32,204 nt of DNA from Octopus sinensis (taxonomy: Eukaryota): NCBI RefSeq assembly GCF_006345805.1, contig NW_021832795.1:1-32204 (forward strand), in the 5' to 3' direction. Of this stretch, positions 1-12,283 are shown piece by piece. The notes under the pieces were generated by a model, which saw only the letters and a program-made list of their open reading frames with translations, had not been told where the DNA came from and searched no databases. The position numbers were made by a program, and so were the translations under genes. How positions within the stretch are numbered: the first letter of the stretch is position 1; each line of letters begins with the position of its first letter.

Positions 1-84
1 CTATGTATCTATCTATCTATCTACTCTATCTCATCTATTATCTTTATCTATCTATCTCTATCTATCTATCTATCTATCTATCTA

Positions 85-132
<48 letters not shown>

Positions 133-171
133 GGGATCTATCTATCTGAATCTATCTATCCATCTATCTAT
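1..171. repeat. (TATC)n tetranucleotide microsatellite
   Basis: Direct reading: near-continuous ctat/tatc units with a few interruptions. Confidence 0.97.
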
Positions 172-826
172 TTAGTTATCTATTTTGCTTTGTGTACGTC
201 TTATATTTTCTGGTTTTATTTATTCGTATGCAGCCACTGTGCCGGTTCGCGAGTTGGTTTTTCTCACTTAAATCTTATTTCAGTGACGTGCACATTTTAT
301 GAAACCCTGTTCTTATCATGTGGCTATTTGACTCTTTTAGATATGAGAGCTGTAAATGTTTTATCTGCTTCTAGTGTAAGCTACTACATATCTATATAGC
401 GGATACTTTTATCTTGCTTATTCGCAGGTTGTCCCTCTACGAAAAACCGTAGTATGAAAGACGTTCCAGATGTGACCATCCCATTGTTTAGTGTGGATAT
501 GTACTTGTCAATATACCTGTAAACATATCCATACGCACACTTACACACATACACACGCACGCAAACATACACACACATGGACACACACGCATACAAACAC
601 GGACATACACCCACACACCCACACGCACACATATATATACAATGTACGCTCTTCACAAATGAAGACCGGATCTGTCTATCTGTATATCATATGTATATGA
701 AGAGACTTAGCGATATCTACATTTAGACCGTCCATTCAGACTGTCCAACATCTACAGATAGTTGCAGATTATTTACAATAGCAATGGGCCCAAATGAGTG
801 TAAATGTTTATAGAAAAGTTTATAAG

Positions 827-1188
827 CAATGAATTTGCACCATCTTTGAACGTAACTCTCGAATTCTTTTCAATAAGATTCAGGTGTTTACTGTAATACC
901 TACTTTCCAATTTGTCGACGATCTGATCTGTTACCAAAAGTATGTTTGGTCGTGTATTGCCCTGATAAATAAGGATCATTCTCAGATTCATAGTTAAGTT
1001 AAGTTAATTTTTTGGCTCAAAAAGCAAAAAGCATGTCCCCCTGCATGGCCTTGCTTTTTGCTTTTTGAGCCAAAAAATTAACTTAACTTAACTATGAATC
1101 TGAGAATAAGATCAGGTATTACAGTAAACACCTGAATCTAATTGAAAAGAATTCGAGAGTTACGTTCAAAGATGGTGCAAATTCATTG
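827..1188. repeat. Nested long inverted repeat (fold-back)
   Basis: Outer arms 827-901 and 1114-1188 are 75-bp reverse complements with 1 mismatch. Inner arms 978-1033 and 1052-1107 are 56-bp perfect reverse complements around an 18-nt loop. The left arm carries about 72 extra bp (902-973). Confidence 0.95.
1032..1092 (+). mobile_element. Extremely 5'-truncated LINE 3' terminus (CR1/L2-group-like) with (TTAAC)n tail
   Basis: catgtccccctgcatggccttgctttttgctttttgagccaaaaaa followed by (TTAAC)3 resembles my recollection of the 3' UTR/tail of an octopus CR1-type LINE. Short tandem-repeat tails are typical of CR1/L2. Not database-verified. Confidence 0.5.
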
Positions 1189-1443
1189 TTTAAGACAGAG
1201 ACACAGTTTCATGGTACCTTTGAATAGAGGAAGACTTACTCTACAAACGTCACATATGTGAGTAAATAAAAACACAACTTATGACCGCATTTGCATGATA
1301 TTTGGTAGAACAGTCGGGTGTCTATTCACACATGGGAGTATGTATGTATTTATGTGTTTATGTCTGTATGTAAGTGTGTATGTATATATATTATATATAT
1401 ATATATATATATACATACACACACACACCATATATATATATAT

Positions 1444-1580
1444 GTGTTAGGAAGGGCATCTAGCCGTAGAAACACTGCCAGAACTGACTAGGCCTGATGA
1501 AGCCTTCCGGCTTCACAGACCCCAGTTGAACCGTCCAACCCATGCTATCATGGAAAACGGACGCTAAACGATGATGATGA
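1444..1580 (+). mobile_element. 3' end of an RTE-type LINE or RTE-tailed SINE with (ATG)n tail
   Basis: gtgttaggaagggcatc...ccgtccaacccatgct...ggacgctaaacgatgatgatga, with an internal 7-bp hairpin tgaagcc/ggcttca and an (ATG)n tail, as in RTE-clade 3' ends. Confidence 0.75.
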
Positions 1581-1626
1581 TATATGTATATATATTTATA
1601 ATAAGTGTAGGTCGTATACGAGTGGG

Positions 1627-1735
1627 TATATATTTATAAAAAAGAAGTTTGAAAACGCCACTATATAAGATAAATTTTAATTTTAAAATTTATCTTATAT
1701 AGTGGCGTTTTCAAACTCTTTTTTATAAATATATA
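1627..1735. repeat. Near-perfect 109-bp palindrome (53/54-bp arms, 2-nt loop)
   Basis: 1627-1680 is the reverse complement of 1683-1735 apart from one 1-nt indel. Confidence 0.95.
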
Positions 1736-2950
1736 TATATATTTCTATCATATATATACATATATGCATGAAGGGTGTATATATATATATATATATAAAT
1801 TTACATATATATGTGCGTGTATACTCATACATATATAATATGCATATATATTCATATATACACACATATATATAAATAAATATGTCTGTGTCGTTTCCCT
1901 ATTCAAGGTAAGATGTGGTTTCAAGAAGATTCTGTAATTTTTTTTTCATATTTTTGTTGTAGATTATGACGGTGGATGGGTTTATCTCATATTTTGTGCT
2001 GCTGCTTAGCACGGAGAATAACAATGGACAATATTTTTAACTTCCTCCTTTACGACCAGGTTTGTAGATATTTGATGTAGTTTCAGCGTAAATAATCTGG
2101 AGGGGAAGGACTAGATTACTCCGTTGCACTCTCAAAAGATGTGAAATTTCCTATATAATAATTCTCTTCTTGCAGTATCATAATAATATAATCTGCTAAT
2201 TTATTTTCAAAGCCAATAATGCACATTTGAAAGATAGATAAATCAGGTTGAAGTCGTATTATACATAGAAATAGAGTAGAGAAGTTTTGGTTTCTTTTGC
2301 TTATTGTGTTGTTTTTTTTTTTAGTTATACTTATGGTAGAAATATATTGAGCACTATAGCGCACCCTTTTATAACAATCATGATACGCCTCTGATATAGA
2401 TGAAATCCATTGTTTCTCAGAATGGTAGGAAAATGTGCTTATAAAACCATCGATATATGTGATTAAGTGTATGATCTATAATTATAACTTAAGAAGACAG
2501 GGTCATACAGCACAAACGTAAGCTACACCAATTAGCAAATAGCGGATAAGTGAGTTTGGCTTTCTATTTATTCTCTATAGGCTTGGTAACCTAAGAATTC
2601 TTTGTTACCCTCAAATTTGAATTGTGAGGCAACATTAGTTGTTGTCTTCAAACACCGATTCAATCTAATCTAAAAACACTAAAATTTGCGGCTAGAATAT
2701 CTATAAAATTACATGCTAATAGCTCAAAAGTATTGGGAGAGATGGAGAAGAACTGAAGCCTCAATACAATATAGAGTAAAGCAGAAGATAGGACGCAGAC
2801 GAGATGTATGATATAAATACAAAACTAGGTGTATACTACGCGTATGTAAAATATAAAGATATGGAATATACATGCATACATATATGCATGTATGCATACA
2901 TAGATACATACATACATACATACATACATACACAAACACACATATATCTT

Positions 2951-3160
2951 TTTCTCTTTATCTTTCACTTGTTTCGATCATTTGACTGCGGCCATGCTGG
3001 AGCACCGCCTTTAGTCGAGCAAATCGACTCCAGGATTTATTCTTTGGGAGTCTAGTACTTATTTTATTGGTCTCTTTTGCCGAACCGCTAAGTTACGGAG
3101 ACGTAAACACACTACCATCGGTTGTCAAGCGATGTTAGGAGTACAAACATAGACACACAA

Positions 3161-3196
<36 letters not shown>

Positions 3197-3202
3197 ACAT
3201 AC

Positions 3203-3233
<31 letters not shown>

Positions 3234-3382
3234 CATATATACGACATCCTTCTTTCACTTTCCGTCTACCAAATCCACTCACAAGGTCTTGGTCGGCCCG
3301 AGACACTTGCCCAAGATCCCAGGCAGTGGGAATGAATCCGGAAGCAAGTGGTTGGTAAGCAAGCTACTTACCACACAGCCAC
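2951..3382 (-). mobile_element. Near full-length tRNA-derived SINE (family A) with internal (CA)n(TA)n microsatellite
   Basis: Reverse complement is colinear with the 30929-31350 copy: head gtggctgtgtggtaagtagcttg, central ccttgtgagtggatttggtagacgg, tail ggcggtgctccagcatggccgcagtcaaatga. Small deletion near 3301. Confidence 0.93.
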
Positions 3383-3391
3383 CAGATATAT

Positions 3392-3436
<45 letters not shown>

Positions 3437-4785
3437 GGTTGAAATGAAAAATGATTTTTTTTGGCATCACCCAAAAAACATTTAGTTTGGACAGAGAATA
3501 TAAACAGATAGAGTCGCTTATAACTGTTTCTAGATTAGCCAAGTATGTGGATCATGATATTAAGTGTGGATCATGATATTCCATAAGCTAGATAGAAATA
3601 AGAAAAATATAAACTGAAGAAACACCCATTCGTTAAAAATGAAAGAAGGAACAGAGTGAAATAGATACGCATTATTTAGTTCCATGATCAAATAAATAAT
3701 AATATTATAGGCCCGGTCTTTTATCAGTTCTAAAGGAGAATGTTTGATGATAACTATGGCAAGTATAGTAGAAGTTACCAGTGACTTTTACTTATATATT
3801 TATATATACTATGTGAAGTATCTATGTTATTGTAGTCATCGTTTATTCGCAAGTCGAGGATCATTGAATTGCCCCTCAAGTGAAGGTATTACAAACATGA
3901 TGCCTACTTCTTTGCTTTTTCTTTACATAAAGTATCAAAGATCTCTTATTTCTTTCCATGATAGTATGGTGTTTTAAGTAGTTTTAGACTGCTGTTTCTA
4001 GCAATTTAAGTTGTCTCCGCTGGGTCGTTTTTCTCGAGTCGTTCAAACACTGCGTTGAGAAGTAAAATATATAAAATGCTTTCAGAGATTAATACTTTGT
4101 GTAGATATATTGGATACAGATTTGTTGGCAGATTTACACTATTTTTAAGGAAACTCCATCTTGAATGTTGTTTATATATCCGAGACTACGTTGCATATAA
4201 CATGTCCCACAATTGCTCATTCAGTATAGCATATTCTATATACGTATAGTAACTAGCTAGTCTGTTTACACACTCTGCTCTCCTAGGCTATATGTACATA
4301 ATACCCATTCTACTTTTCGATAGATCGTATCCATCTAGTCTGTTTACACATAGAAAGACATGGTCTACTATGTTTCTATGTTTCTTATCGTTCATGATCA
4401 TAAGCCTAGCACACTAGCCATTAAGCCATGCGCCTTCACATCTTTGACCATAAACTAAGAGAGATGGGATTCAGCAGCAAAACCGACAGCTGCAGTAGCA
4501 GTAACAATTGAGTACCATACATATGTCAAAAACATCAGCGGCTATTACGAAAACTAGAAAGGAGTCGTTTGTGCTAATTAGAACTGCGAGAAATACAAGT
4601 TAAAATTCCTTCAAATCAGATCCTATTGTCTGCAAACATTATGAATAATTTCGATAGCATTTTTTAAAGCTTGACTATCTCAATGACAAACTGGATGTTC
4701 ATGGTTAGAACGTCTTTATCATAGGTCTGCTTAATCGAAGCTGACATTAAGCTAAGCAAGGAGCGAAGAAAAACAAGGGAGTTGA

Positions 4786-4844
4786 GAAGAAGAAGAAGAA
4801 GAAGAAGAAGAAGAAGAAGAAGAAGAAGAAGAAGAAGAAGAAGA

Positions 4845-4877
<33 letters not shown>

Positions 4878-5208
4878 CGAAGAAGAAGAAGAGAAGAAGA
4901 AGAAGAAGAAGAAGAAAAGAAGAAGCGGAAGAAGAAGAAGAAGAAGAAGAAGAAAAGAAGAAGAAAGAAGCGAAGAAAAGAAGAAGAAGAAGCGGAAAGA
5001 AAGAAGCGAAGAAGAAGAAAAGAAGAAGAAGAAGAAGAATAAGAAGAAGAAGAAAGAAGGAAGAAGAAGAAGAAGAAGAAGAAGAAGCGGAAGAAGAGCG
5101 GAAGAAGAAGAAGAAGAAGAAGAAGAAGAAGAAGGAGAAGAAGAAGAAGAAGAAGAAGAAGAAGAAGAAGAAGAAGAAGAAGAAGAAGAAGAAGAAGAAG
5201 AAGAAGAA
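4786..5208. repeat. (GAA)n trinucleotide tract, about 420 bp, interrupted
   Basis: Direct reading. Accounts for the poly-L/F/S and poly-R/E/K ORFs. Confidence 0.98.
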
Positions 5209-5339
5209 AAAGATTAACAACAATGCCCTCTAGCTTGCATACGAAAACGCTTCCTCGTGGAGGTCTGATCTCCAAGAAATAACAGCTGGTCTGAATCTTA
5301 AAAAAAAGTATAGGAAATAATGACAAATAACAATGTCGG

Positions 5340-5480
5340 CAAGAAAACTGGAAAAACAACAACATTTAATAAAATGACAGCAACAGCAACAACAACAAAA
5401 CACAATACAATGACAGAAGAAATAACTATGACTAAAACAAAGACAAGAAGAACAAACAACAACAACAACAACAACAAAAG
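5340..5480. repeat. Degenerate (AAC)n-rich low-complexity tract
   Basis: Direct reading. Confidence 0.85.
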
Positions 5481-5806
5481 CAAAAATAACTAACAACTCT
5501 ACAATCAACAACCGTTAATGGCATCTTTTAAAATAAACGCTAGCAATGATAACAACAGTAACAGCAATAACAGCTACAATATAGAAATAAATTAAAATAA
5601 AGTGATATTACGGTTCAGTAGGTTTGAAATAGTGGAAAGAAAGAAGCGTCAAAGGAAATAATCTGGACAATACGTTGTCACAATCGAATTAGCTACTTAA
5701 CAAGATGGCGTCCCATCGTCTGCTCGTTTGTTTTCAGTGAAAGATTTTTCGGCCATTGCTAAAACAGTACAAACGAAATTTCTAGAAACAATTCTCGAAT
5801 TTATTG

Positions 5807-5808
<2 letters not shown>

Positions 5809-5856
<48 letters not shown>
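5809..5856. repeat. (GT)n microsatellite
   Basis: Direct reading. Confidence 0.97.
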
Positions 5857-5858
<2 letters not shown>

Positions 5859-6805
5859 CTGTAAACGAGTATGCATGAATGTATATGCGTTTGTTTCTAA
5901 GAGAATGTGTGAATTTACTCCTGTTGCTGCGTGTTCGTATGGCTGTCGTGCGCATGTGTGGACATGCTTCTGTGCGAATAGTTGTGCGTACGTGCGTATG
6001 CCTATATTTGTGTCGTGTAACTGCTTCTGTTCTATGGTTTAGTTTTTCTCTTCACTGTTTCTCACCTTGTGATTGCATTTCATTATTCCTGTGAAACGTG
6101 AGATTGTACATATAAAATGTATATATGTGTATTTGTGTAATTTTTATGTCTGTAAGTGGGTATGTGCGATAACGTGTACATAAATAAGTCGTGGTATACA
6201 TAGAAAATCATACATACACACATATATACACATATGTACATATTTGCGCATATATGTTTGTACATATAAATATACATACATCTATCTTTCTCTCTTTATT
6301 ATATGTGTGTGTGTATGTGTGTGTATTTAACACACAAATTCTCAAATCTGTGGGAATATGAGTGTATATGCGTTCGTATGTGCATATGATGTGTAAGTAG
6401 AAGAATCTAGATACATAAGAGAATGATTATGTCGATAAGAATTTTGCCTCAAATCACTTGGTTCCAGGTTCATGTCTAATGCGTTTTACGTTGAGTTAGT
6501 GCCTCCTTCAATAAACTCGAATTGAAGACGTCTTGGGATGGAAATTTGAAAGACAAGAAGAGAAGGGAAGCTTGTTGGAGGTACTATAAAGCTTTTGGTT
6601 GGGAGAATTAGTCCATCGCCGTATGTCACGACACCATCTGGGCCTTTGGTGTACCAGAAAAGTCTATTCCGTTGTAAATAATGAGACTGGGTTTTCTTTT
6701 TCTCATCAGTCTCTGAGGTCTTTCATTAAAGACATGGGTGTTGCGCTTTCTTCTCTGATTATGCCAAACAAAAATACAAGAAAGCTTATGATTATATGAC
6801 TATTT

Positions 6806-7185
6806 GGGCTCGCATCGTGGTATGTGGCTAAAAAACTCGATTTGTAGCTACGTGGTTACAGGTTAAGTTCCGCCTGATGGCACCATAGATAAGTGTTTTC
6901 TTCCATAGTCATCGGCTGACAATATCGTTCCGAGTGAATTTGACGGCAACTGTATGGGAGCTCGTTATACGTGAGTAATACATACATGTTTATATATATA
7001 AATTTTTTTCAGAATGAGATAAAGACCTAGGCTGTGCAGATTTTAGAACATTTATATATAGAAGGTCTTACAGATGTTTCCAGGATACTTATTATACCCC
7101 TGCATTGGAGACGGTGTGAGAAAATGGTTAAGCAATAGTTAATTTAGCTAAGATACGAAATAGAGAGTGAAGTGGAGGAACACAC

Positions 7186-7218
<33 letters not shown>

Positions 7219-7487
7219 TGTATGTATGTATGTATGTATGTATGTATGTATATATTTATGCATGTATGTATGTATCTATATCTTTGTATTTATCTCTACT
7301 TACCAACTGATAACTGGTGTTGGTTTCTTTAAGCGTGCGTAACTAGCAGTTAGTCCAGCAAAAGAGACGGACAGAATGAGTCTCAAGTTTATAAAAAAAA
7401 TAATTACGGGGGTCGATTTGTTCGACTAAACTCCTCAAAGTAGTGCTCTAATAAGACGGCAGTCCCGTGATCGAAACAAGTAAAAGA
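6806..7487 (+). mobile_element. Old, diverged family-A SINE split by an internal insertion and (TATG)n expansion
   Basis: Decayed head at 6806-6970 (ggttacaggttaagttcc...gataagtgttttcttccatag...gagtgaatttg) and decayed tail at 7281-7487 (gcaaaagagac...ggggtcgatttgttcgactaa...gaaacaagtaaaaga) match the two halves of 30929-31350. Confidence 0.78.
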
Positions 7488-7810
7488 CATAAAAATGTTG
7501 CATATGTGCATAGATACGAGTTTATAACCATGTAATTTCTAAAGTTATACACGGATATTATAGTAGGAGAGATAAGGTTTCGCTATGTTATTGTTGGACT
7601 ACCAGGAGTATTTTGACAGTGTTCCTCATACAAAATGTCTTGAAGATTAGCGTCACAGTTACAGATTGTTGCTCCCGCAATTCGGTTTTGTTTCCTAGTA
7701 TCTTTCTGGATAATGATTATTTAATAAGATAAATGCAGATAATACAGTTCTAGACATAGGAGATGAGAAATTAGTTACATTATTTACTTTATTTACATTT
7801 GACGGATATA

Positions 7811-7890
7811 GCAGAATTTGAACTCAGAAAATAAAGACGGACGAAGTGTCGGTAAGAATTTTGCCCGGGGCGCTAACGATTTTGCCAGAT
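7811..7890 (-). mobile_element. 5' fragment of a tRNA-derived SINE (family B)
   Basis: Reverse complement reads atctggcaaaatcgttagcgccccgggcaaaattcttaccgacacttcgtccgtctttattttctgagttcaaattc, similar to 14354-14556 and 30487-30678. Confidence 0.7.
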
Positions 7891-8359
7891 CATCTTCTTT
7901 TTCAGCGAATTAATATTAACTATACATACATATAACTTCAACATACACACACACACACAAGATGCATGATTGTGTATGTGTATGTATGTACATATATATA
8001 CATACAAGTCCATACCTAATATGTTGAATTAAGAAGAATATCTACACACACTAAATGTTTTTTTATTAATATTATAGTGTAAACTAGTTAGTATAGAGAG
8101 AAGTCTATAATTCCTTTATGCAGTATAGAAACATGAGTGATGAAGTGGTTTGCTTCGATGGTTTTATGTATCTAGTATTTGACTCTTAAAAAGAAAACCA
8201 CTTTAAATGGAGCATCTTCCTCTCTGTATATATATATATACGACTAAGATACTTCAGTTCCTTTTGACGACATCTAATATCATATACATAGTAAAATAAT
8301 TATACATATCCACATGGATGACGATAAAGCGTAAGTAGATTTACATAACTTTATGTACA

Positions 8360-8361
8360 TC

Positions 8362-8396
<35 letters not shown>

Positions 8397-8399
8397 TAT

Positions 8400-8434
<35 letters not shown>

Positions 8435-8550
8435 CATATATACAAGCATGCATCTTGTGTATGTGTGCGTATGTTGAAGTTATATGTATGTATAGTCAAT
8501 ATTAATTCTCCGAAATATGTATGTATATATATATATATATAATATATATG

Positions 8551-8594
<44 letters not shown>

Positions 8595-8718
8595 CATATA
8601 ATATATATATACAGAGAGAAGGAGAAAGGGAGAGAGGAAGATTTGCAAGCGTGTGAGCGTGAATATATGCCTGTGTGAATGAATGTATGTGCGCTTAAGT
8701 ACGCATGAGCTTATATAT

Positions 8719-8798
<80 letters not shown>

Positions 8799-8830
8799 AT
8801 ACATATAAATATATATATCTGTATATACAT
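8360..8830. repeat. (TA)n-dominated compound microsatellites
   Basis: Direct reading. Confidence 0.95.
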
Positions 8831-9060
8831 ATCTATGCATATATGCATGTGTGTATGCATGTATGTTGTATGAGTGTGAGTGCAATGAAAAAAAACATGT
8901 GTGTTTATGAGGTTGTGTGCTTCTTTGGGTGCGCATGCTTACGTGAGATATAAATATAAAATATCGATGTAAAATAATTGAATAGAGATATGCAGGCAGG
9001 TATAATAAATGCGTAATAATGTCTCCGATTTCTATGTATTATATTATTGCACATAAATTG

Positions 9061-9097
<37 letters not shown>

Positions 9098-9344
9098 ACA
9101 TATATACACGCACCATCAGAATAATACATACATGTACATCCATATATACTTATATGTGTATATGCGAATTAATTTCTGAAAAGTTTTGTGCGCTTATGCG
9201 TATGCATTTAGATGAAATTGGTGTACATAAGAAAATACGTGTAATTGATAAAGATGTAGCAGCAAGGAGCTGAGGAGGTAAGAAAACATGAACAAAATAT
9301 AAAAGGAAGAAAGAACAAATATAAAATGGTGCACAAAATTGGTA

Positions 9345-9379
9345 ATATATATATATGTATATATATATGTCACTTTCTC

Positions 9380-9423
<44 letters not shown>

Positions 9424-9660
9424 ACACCCACACTTTATATATACATCTATTATATATATTTGCATGCACATCTATAGCTATGTAGCTGTATGCATATATA
9501 TTTATGTTTGTAAGTATATATGTATCATATATATATGTATACATATTCATGTATATATGTATTAAAACATATATGTGTAAGTATATACATATATATATAT
9601 ATATATAATATATATATTATATATATACATATATATATATATACTTATACATATATGTAC
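9345..9660. repeat. (TA)n-dominated compound microsatellite
   Basis: Direct reading. Confidence 0.93.
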
Positions 9661-10459
9661 GCAATATATGTGTGTGTGTGTATCTGTATCTACCGATTTA
9701 TATATTTGGAGCGACCGAGCGAGAACGAGAGAAAGAGAGAGAGAGAGAGAAGGGGGAAGAGAGAGATACGGAAACTATGGAAGATTTGGGAGAAAAAACT
9801 TACAATCGCAAGTGAAAGAAAACGTGTGAATGATTGGGAGTGCGGCAGAGAGAGAATGGTGAAGAGATCGGTAGAGACAGAGATAGAGCCAGATAAAGAG
9901 CTTGTAAGCAAGGTAGATAGGAAGACAGATAAAGCTAGAGAAAGAGAGAGAGGGAAAGAAACTTTTGCTTTTCGATGCAAATAGTGAATTTGATCAAACC
10001 ATGGTACCTAAATAATACTTTACATTTTGTATTTGGTTCTTGGTTATATTTAATTTCGATCAGTTACGTTTTAATATGTTGCTATATTCACACAAGCATT
10101 GCACGTCCATCACTCAGCGTAGATGTAATTTACTTTGGATGCACAAACGGTAGCAGTGCAGATGGTTAAGTGTAGTCATGCGCGTAAGACACATGAATAT
10201 TTATGTCATGTACTAAGTAGCAGAGGAATAAACAAATTTACAAGGATTCCGATGAGTTTAGAATACCTTAATCTTGAAGAAGAAATTCGATACCTTCTCC
10301 CCGCGAATCTTCTTGCACCCCAACCTTATACGTCGACACACTTCATAACTTCTTCCCCACAATTCCGCAAAAACCGCCTCTTCTTCAGGTAGAACTTATT
10401 ATATTATTACTTCAAATGAATGCTTCTGATGCTATCTACATGTTATACTCTATCACCCC

Positions 10460-10476
10460 TGTCATATATATATATT

Positions 10477-10515
<39 letters not shown>

Positions 10516-10623
10516 CATATATATATTATACATATATATATATACATATATTATACATATATATATATATATATATATATCTATACATATATATATATAT
10601 ACATATATATGTATTACATATAC

Positions 10624-10666
<43 letters not shown>

Positions 10667-10669
10667 ATG

Positions 10670-10712
<43 letters not shown>

Positions 10713-10721
10713 GTCTATCTG

Positions 10722-10786
<65 letters not shown>

Positions 10787-10833
10787 TTATCTATCTAGCT
10801 AGCTAGTTAGCTAGCTACCTAGCTAGCTAGCTA
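10460..10833. repeat. Compound (TA)n-(TATC)n-(TAGC)n microsatellite
   Basis: Direct reading. Source of the YI/YLSI ORFs. Confidence 0.97.
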
Positions 10834-12247
10834 TGTTATATCGCATGCTCTAGTTATATGTGAACATTCAAATACCAAAACACATTTTGGAGTGTTTGTA
10901 GTTTACTATCAGGTGAAACAGCGCTTTTATAAATGCCATTGGACAAGAAGTGTCAGTTTAAAGCCTAGAGCATCCTTTAGTAAGACCTCTTTTTTCTTGG
11001 TAATTTCATGTGTTAGCTGGGAAGCAGATTAATTGAGCTGAATGCCATCTGAACTGGAAGTTACGCCCTCCAGAATTCAAATGTATTTTTATTCATCCAA
11101 TCTCACAATTTTGCACAAAATATGCACCTTCCAACCTTAAGACTATGAGTGTCTTGTACCCGTATTACTCCTGCGATTTTTCGATTCCATAATCCTGTAA
11201 CTTCCAGACATATATAAACAGAATGGGAGATTCAGGAATTAAATTGCATATTATCTTAAAGAGTCTTCCCTTAAGTACAGTGTAATTCTTCTTAATACTT
11301 GTGGAGGGGGTTTATTCTCGCTGTATACACTAAAATCTAAGAGAGACAGGATATTTTAAACTGATAAGTTTAGAGAGTTTTGCGCTTTCAACCTGGTTGT
11401 GAGGATGTAGGCGGCTAGTATGTGTTTTATAGTGTGGTTCAACATCTGGAAAACGATACTACTATTGCAACTATAACTCACTTTAGCGTTGTTCTCATTA
11501 CAGAGCCTACGATATCTATTTATAGTAAAAAACGATTACGTAATCAGGGTATGAAATTAACAGGACAAACTTTTATAAGTAATGGTTGTTGAATTCATAT
11601 TACTCGTCGTTTTTCGAAGATTTGTTGATTGTTTTCATAGATCTGATATATTTTCATTATATATTATCCCTGTCTTGGAAAACCACTGAATTTGTCTTTC
11701 TAAATGGATCACCGTGAATGAAAATATTGCTGTCAGAGCAAATGTGACATGTAAAAGATTCTTAACTATATAAACGCATGTATGTTCTGATTCTCACCGT
11801 TCGCATCTGTGGTTGAGTAAAGATTTGAACAATGCTACGGAGCGACACTTGATGGTGTCTTTGACTCGACTAACAGAGCATGTTCTCCTTGTTCAAACTT
11901 ATGCAAGACTCTTCTCCTTCCCCCTTTCTGTATCCCTGTCTTTAACACTCTCCCTCTTATTCTCGCTTTATCTTCAGCCGGTTCATTCTCCTGTTCTATA
12001 CTAAGTTTTTTTTTCAACCATTTTATCTCTCTATACACTTTCATTCTAATTGTAACAACTAATTTTCTCCGTTATTGTCTACATTCTCGTTTTATTTATT
12101 CTCGAAGATGGTTTGCGTGTAAAACTGCGGAAGCTCTTTGCTGTACGGCGTAAAGACTTACGAGAGTTCACACTTAATAAGGGAGTTTAAAAATCCAATA
12201 TTGTTTTCGACGCAGACCGCTTCTTTTATCCCAGAACATGTTTTCAA

Positions 12248-12249
12248 AC

Positions 12250-12283
<34 letters not shown>

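Noticed and set aside
428-500. Exon-like segment GCPSTKNRSMKDVPDVTIPLFSVD after ttcgcag
   Set aside because: Weak donor (GTACTT), phase-incompatible with the next candidate, no recognised homology.
1494-1515. CTGATGA followed by a short stem (hammerhead-like)
   Set aside because: No GAAA after the stem. It is the hairpin of the RTE-like 3' end.
2116-2364. 82-aa minus ORF
   Set aside because: Non-ATG start, no convincing splice sites, no recognisable motif.
3541-3580. About 20-bp tandem duplication (aagt(at)gtggatcatgatatt x2)
   Set aside because: Ordinary local slippage duplication.
4664-5365. 233-aa, 158-aa and 86-aa ORFs
   Set aside because: Translations of the (GAA)n tract, with no coding complexity.
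6680-6745. Minus-strand CTGATGA...GAAA...GTC resembling a minimal hammerhead ribozyme
   Set aside because: Helix II cannot form and helices I and III would be 2 bp or less. Better explained by a chance 7-bp inverted repeat.
10135-10392. 85-aa ORF ending near CAG|GTAGAA
   Set aside because: No recognisable domain or clear acceptor, and the length is within chance.
8705-10806. ORFs rich in YIYI/YLSI
   Set aside because: Products of (TA)n and (TATC)n, which lack stop codons.
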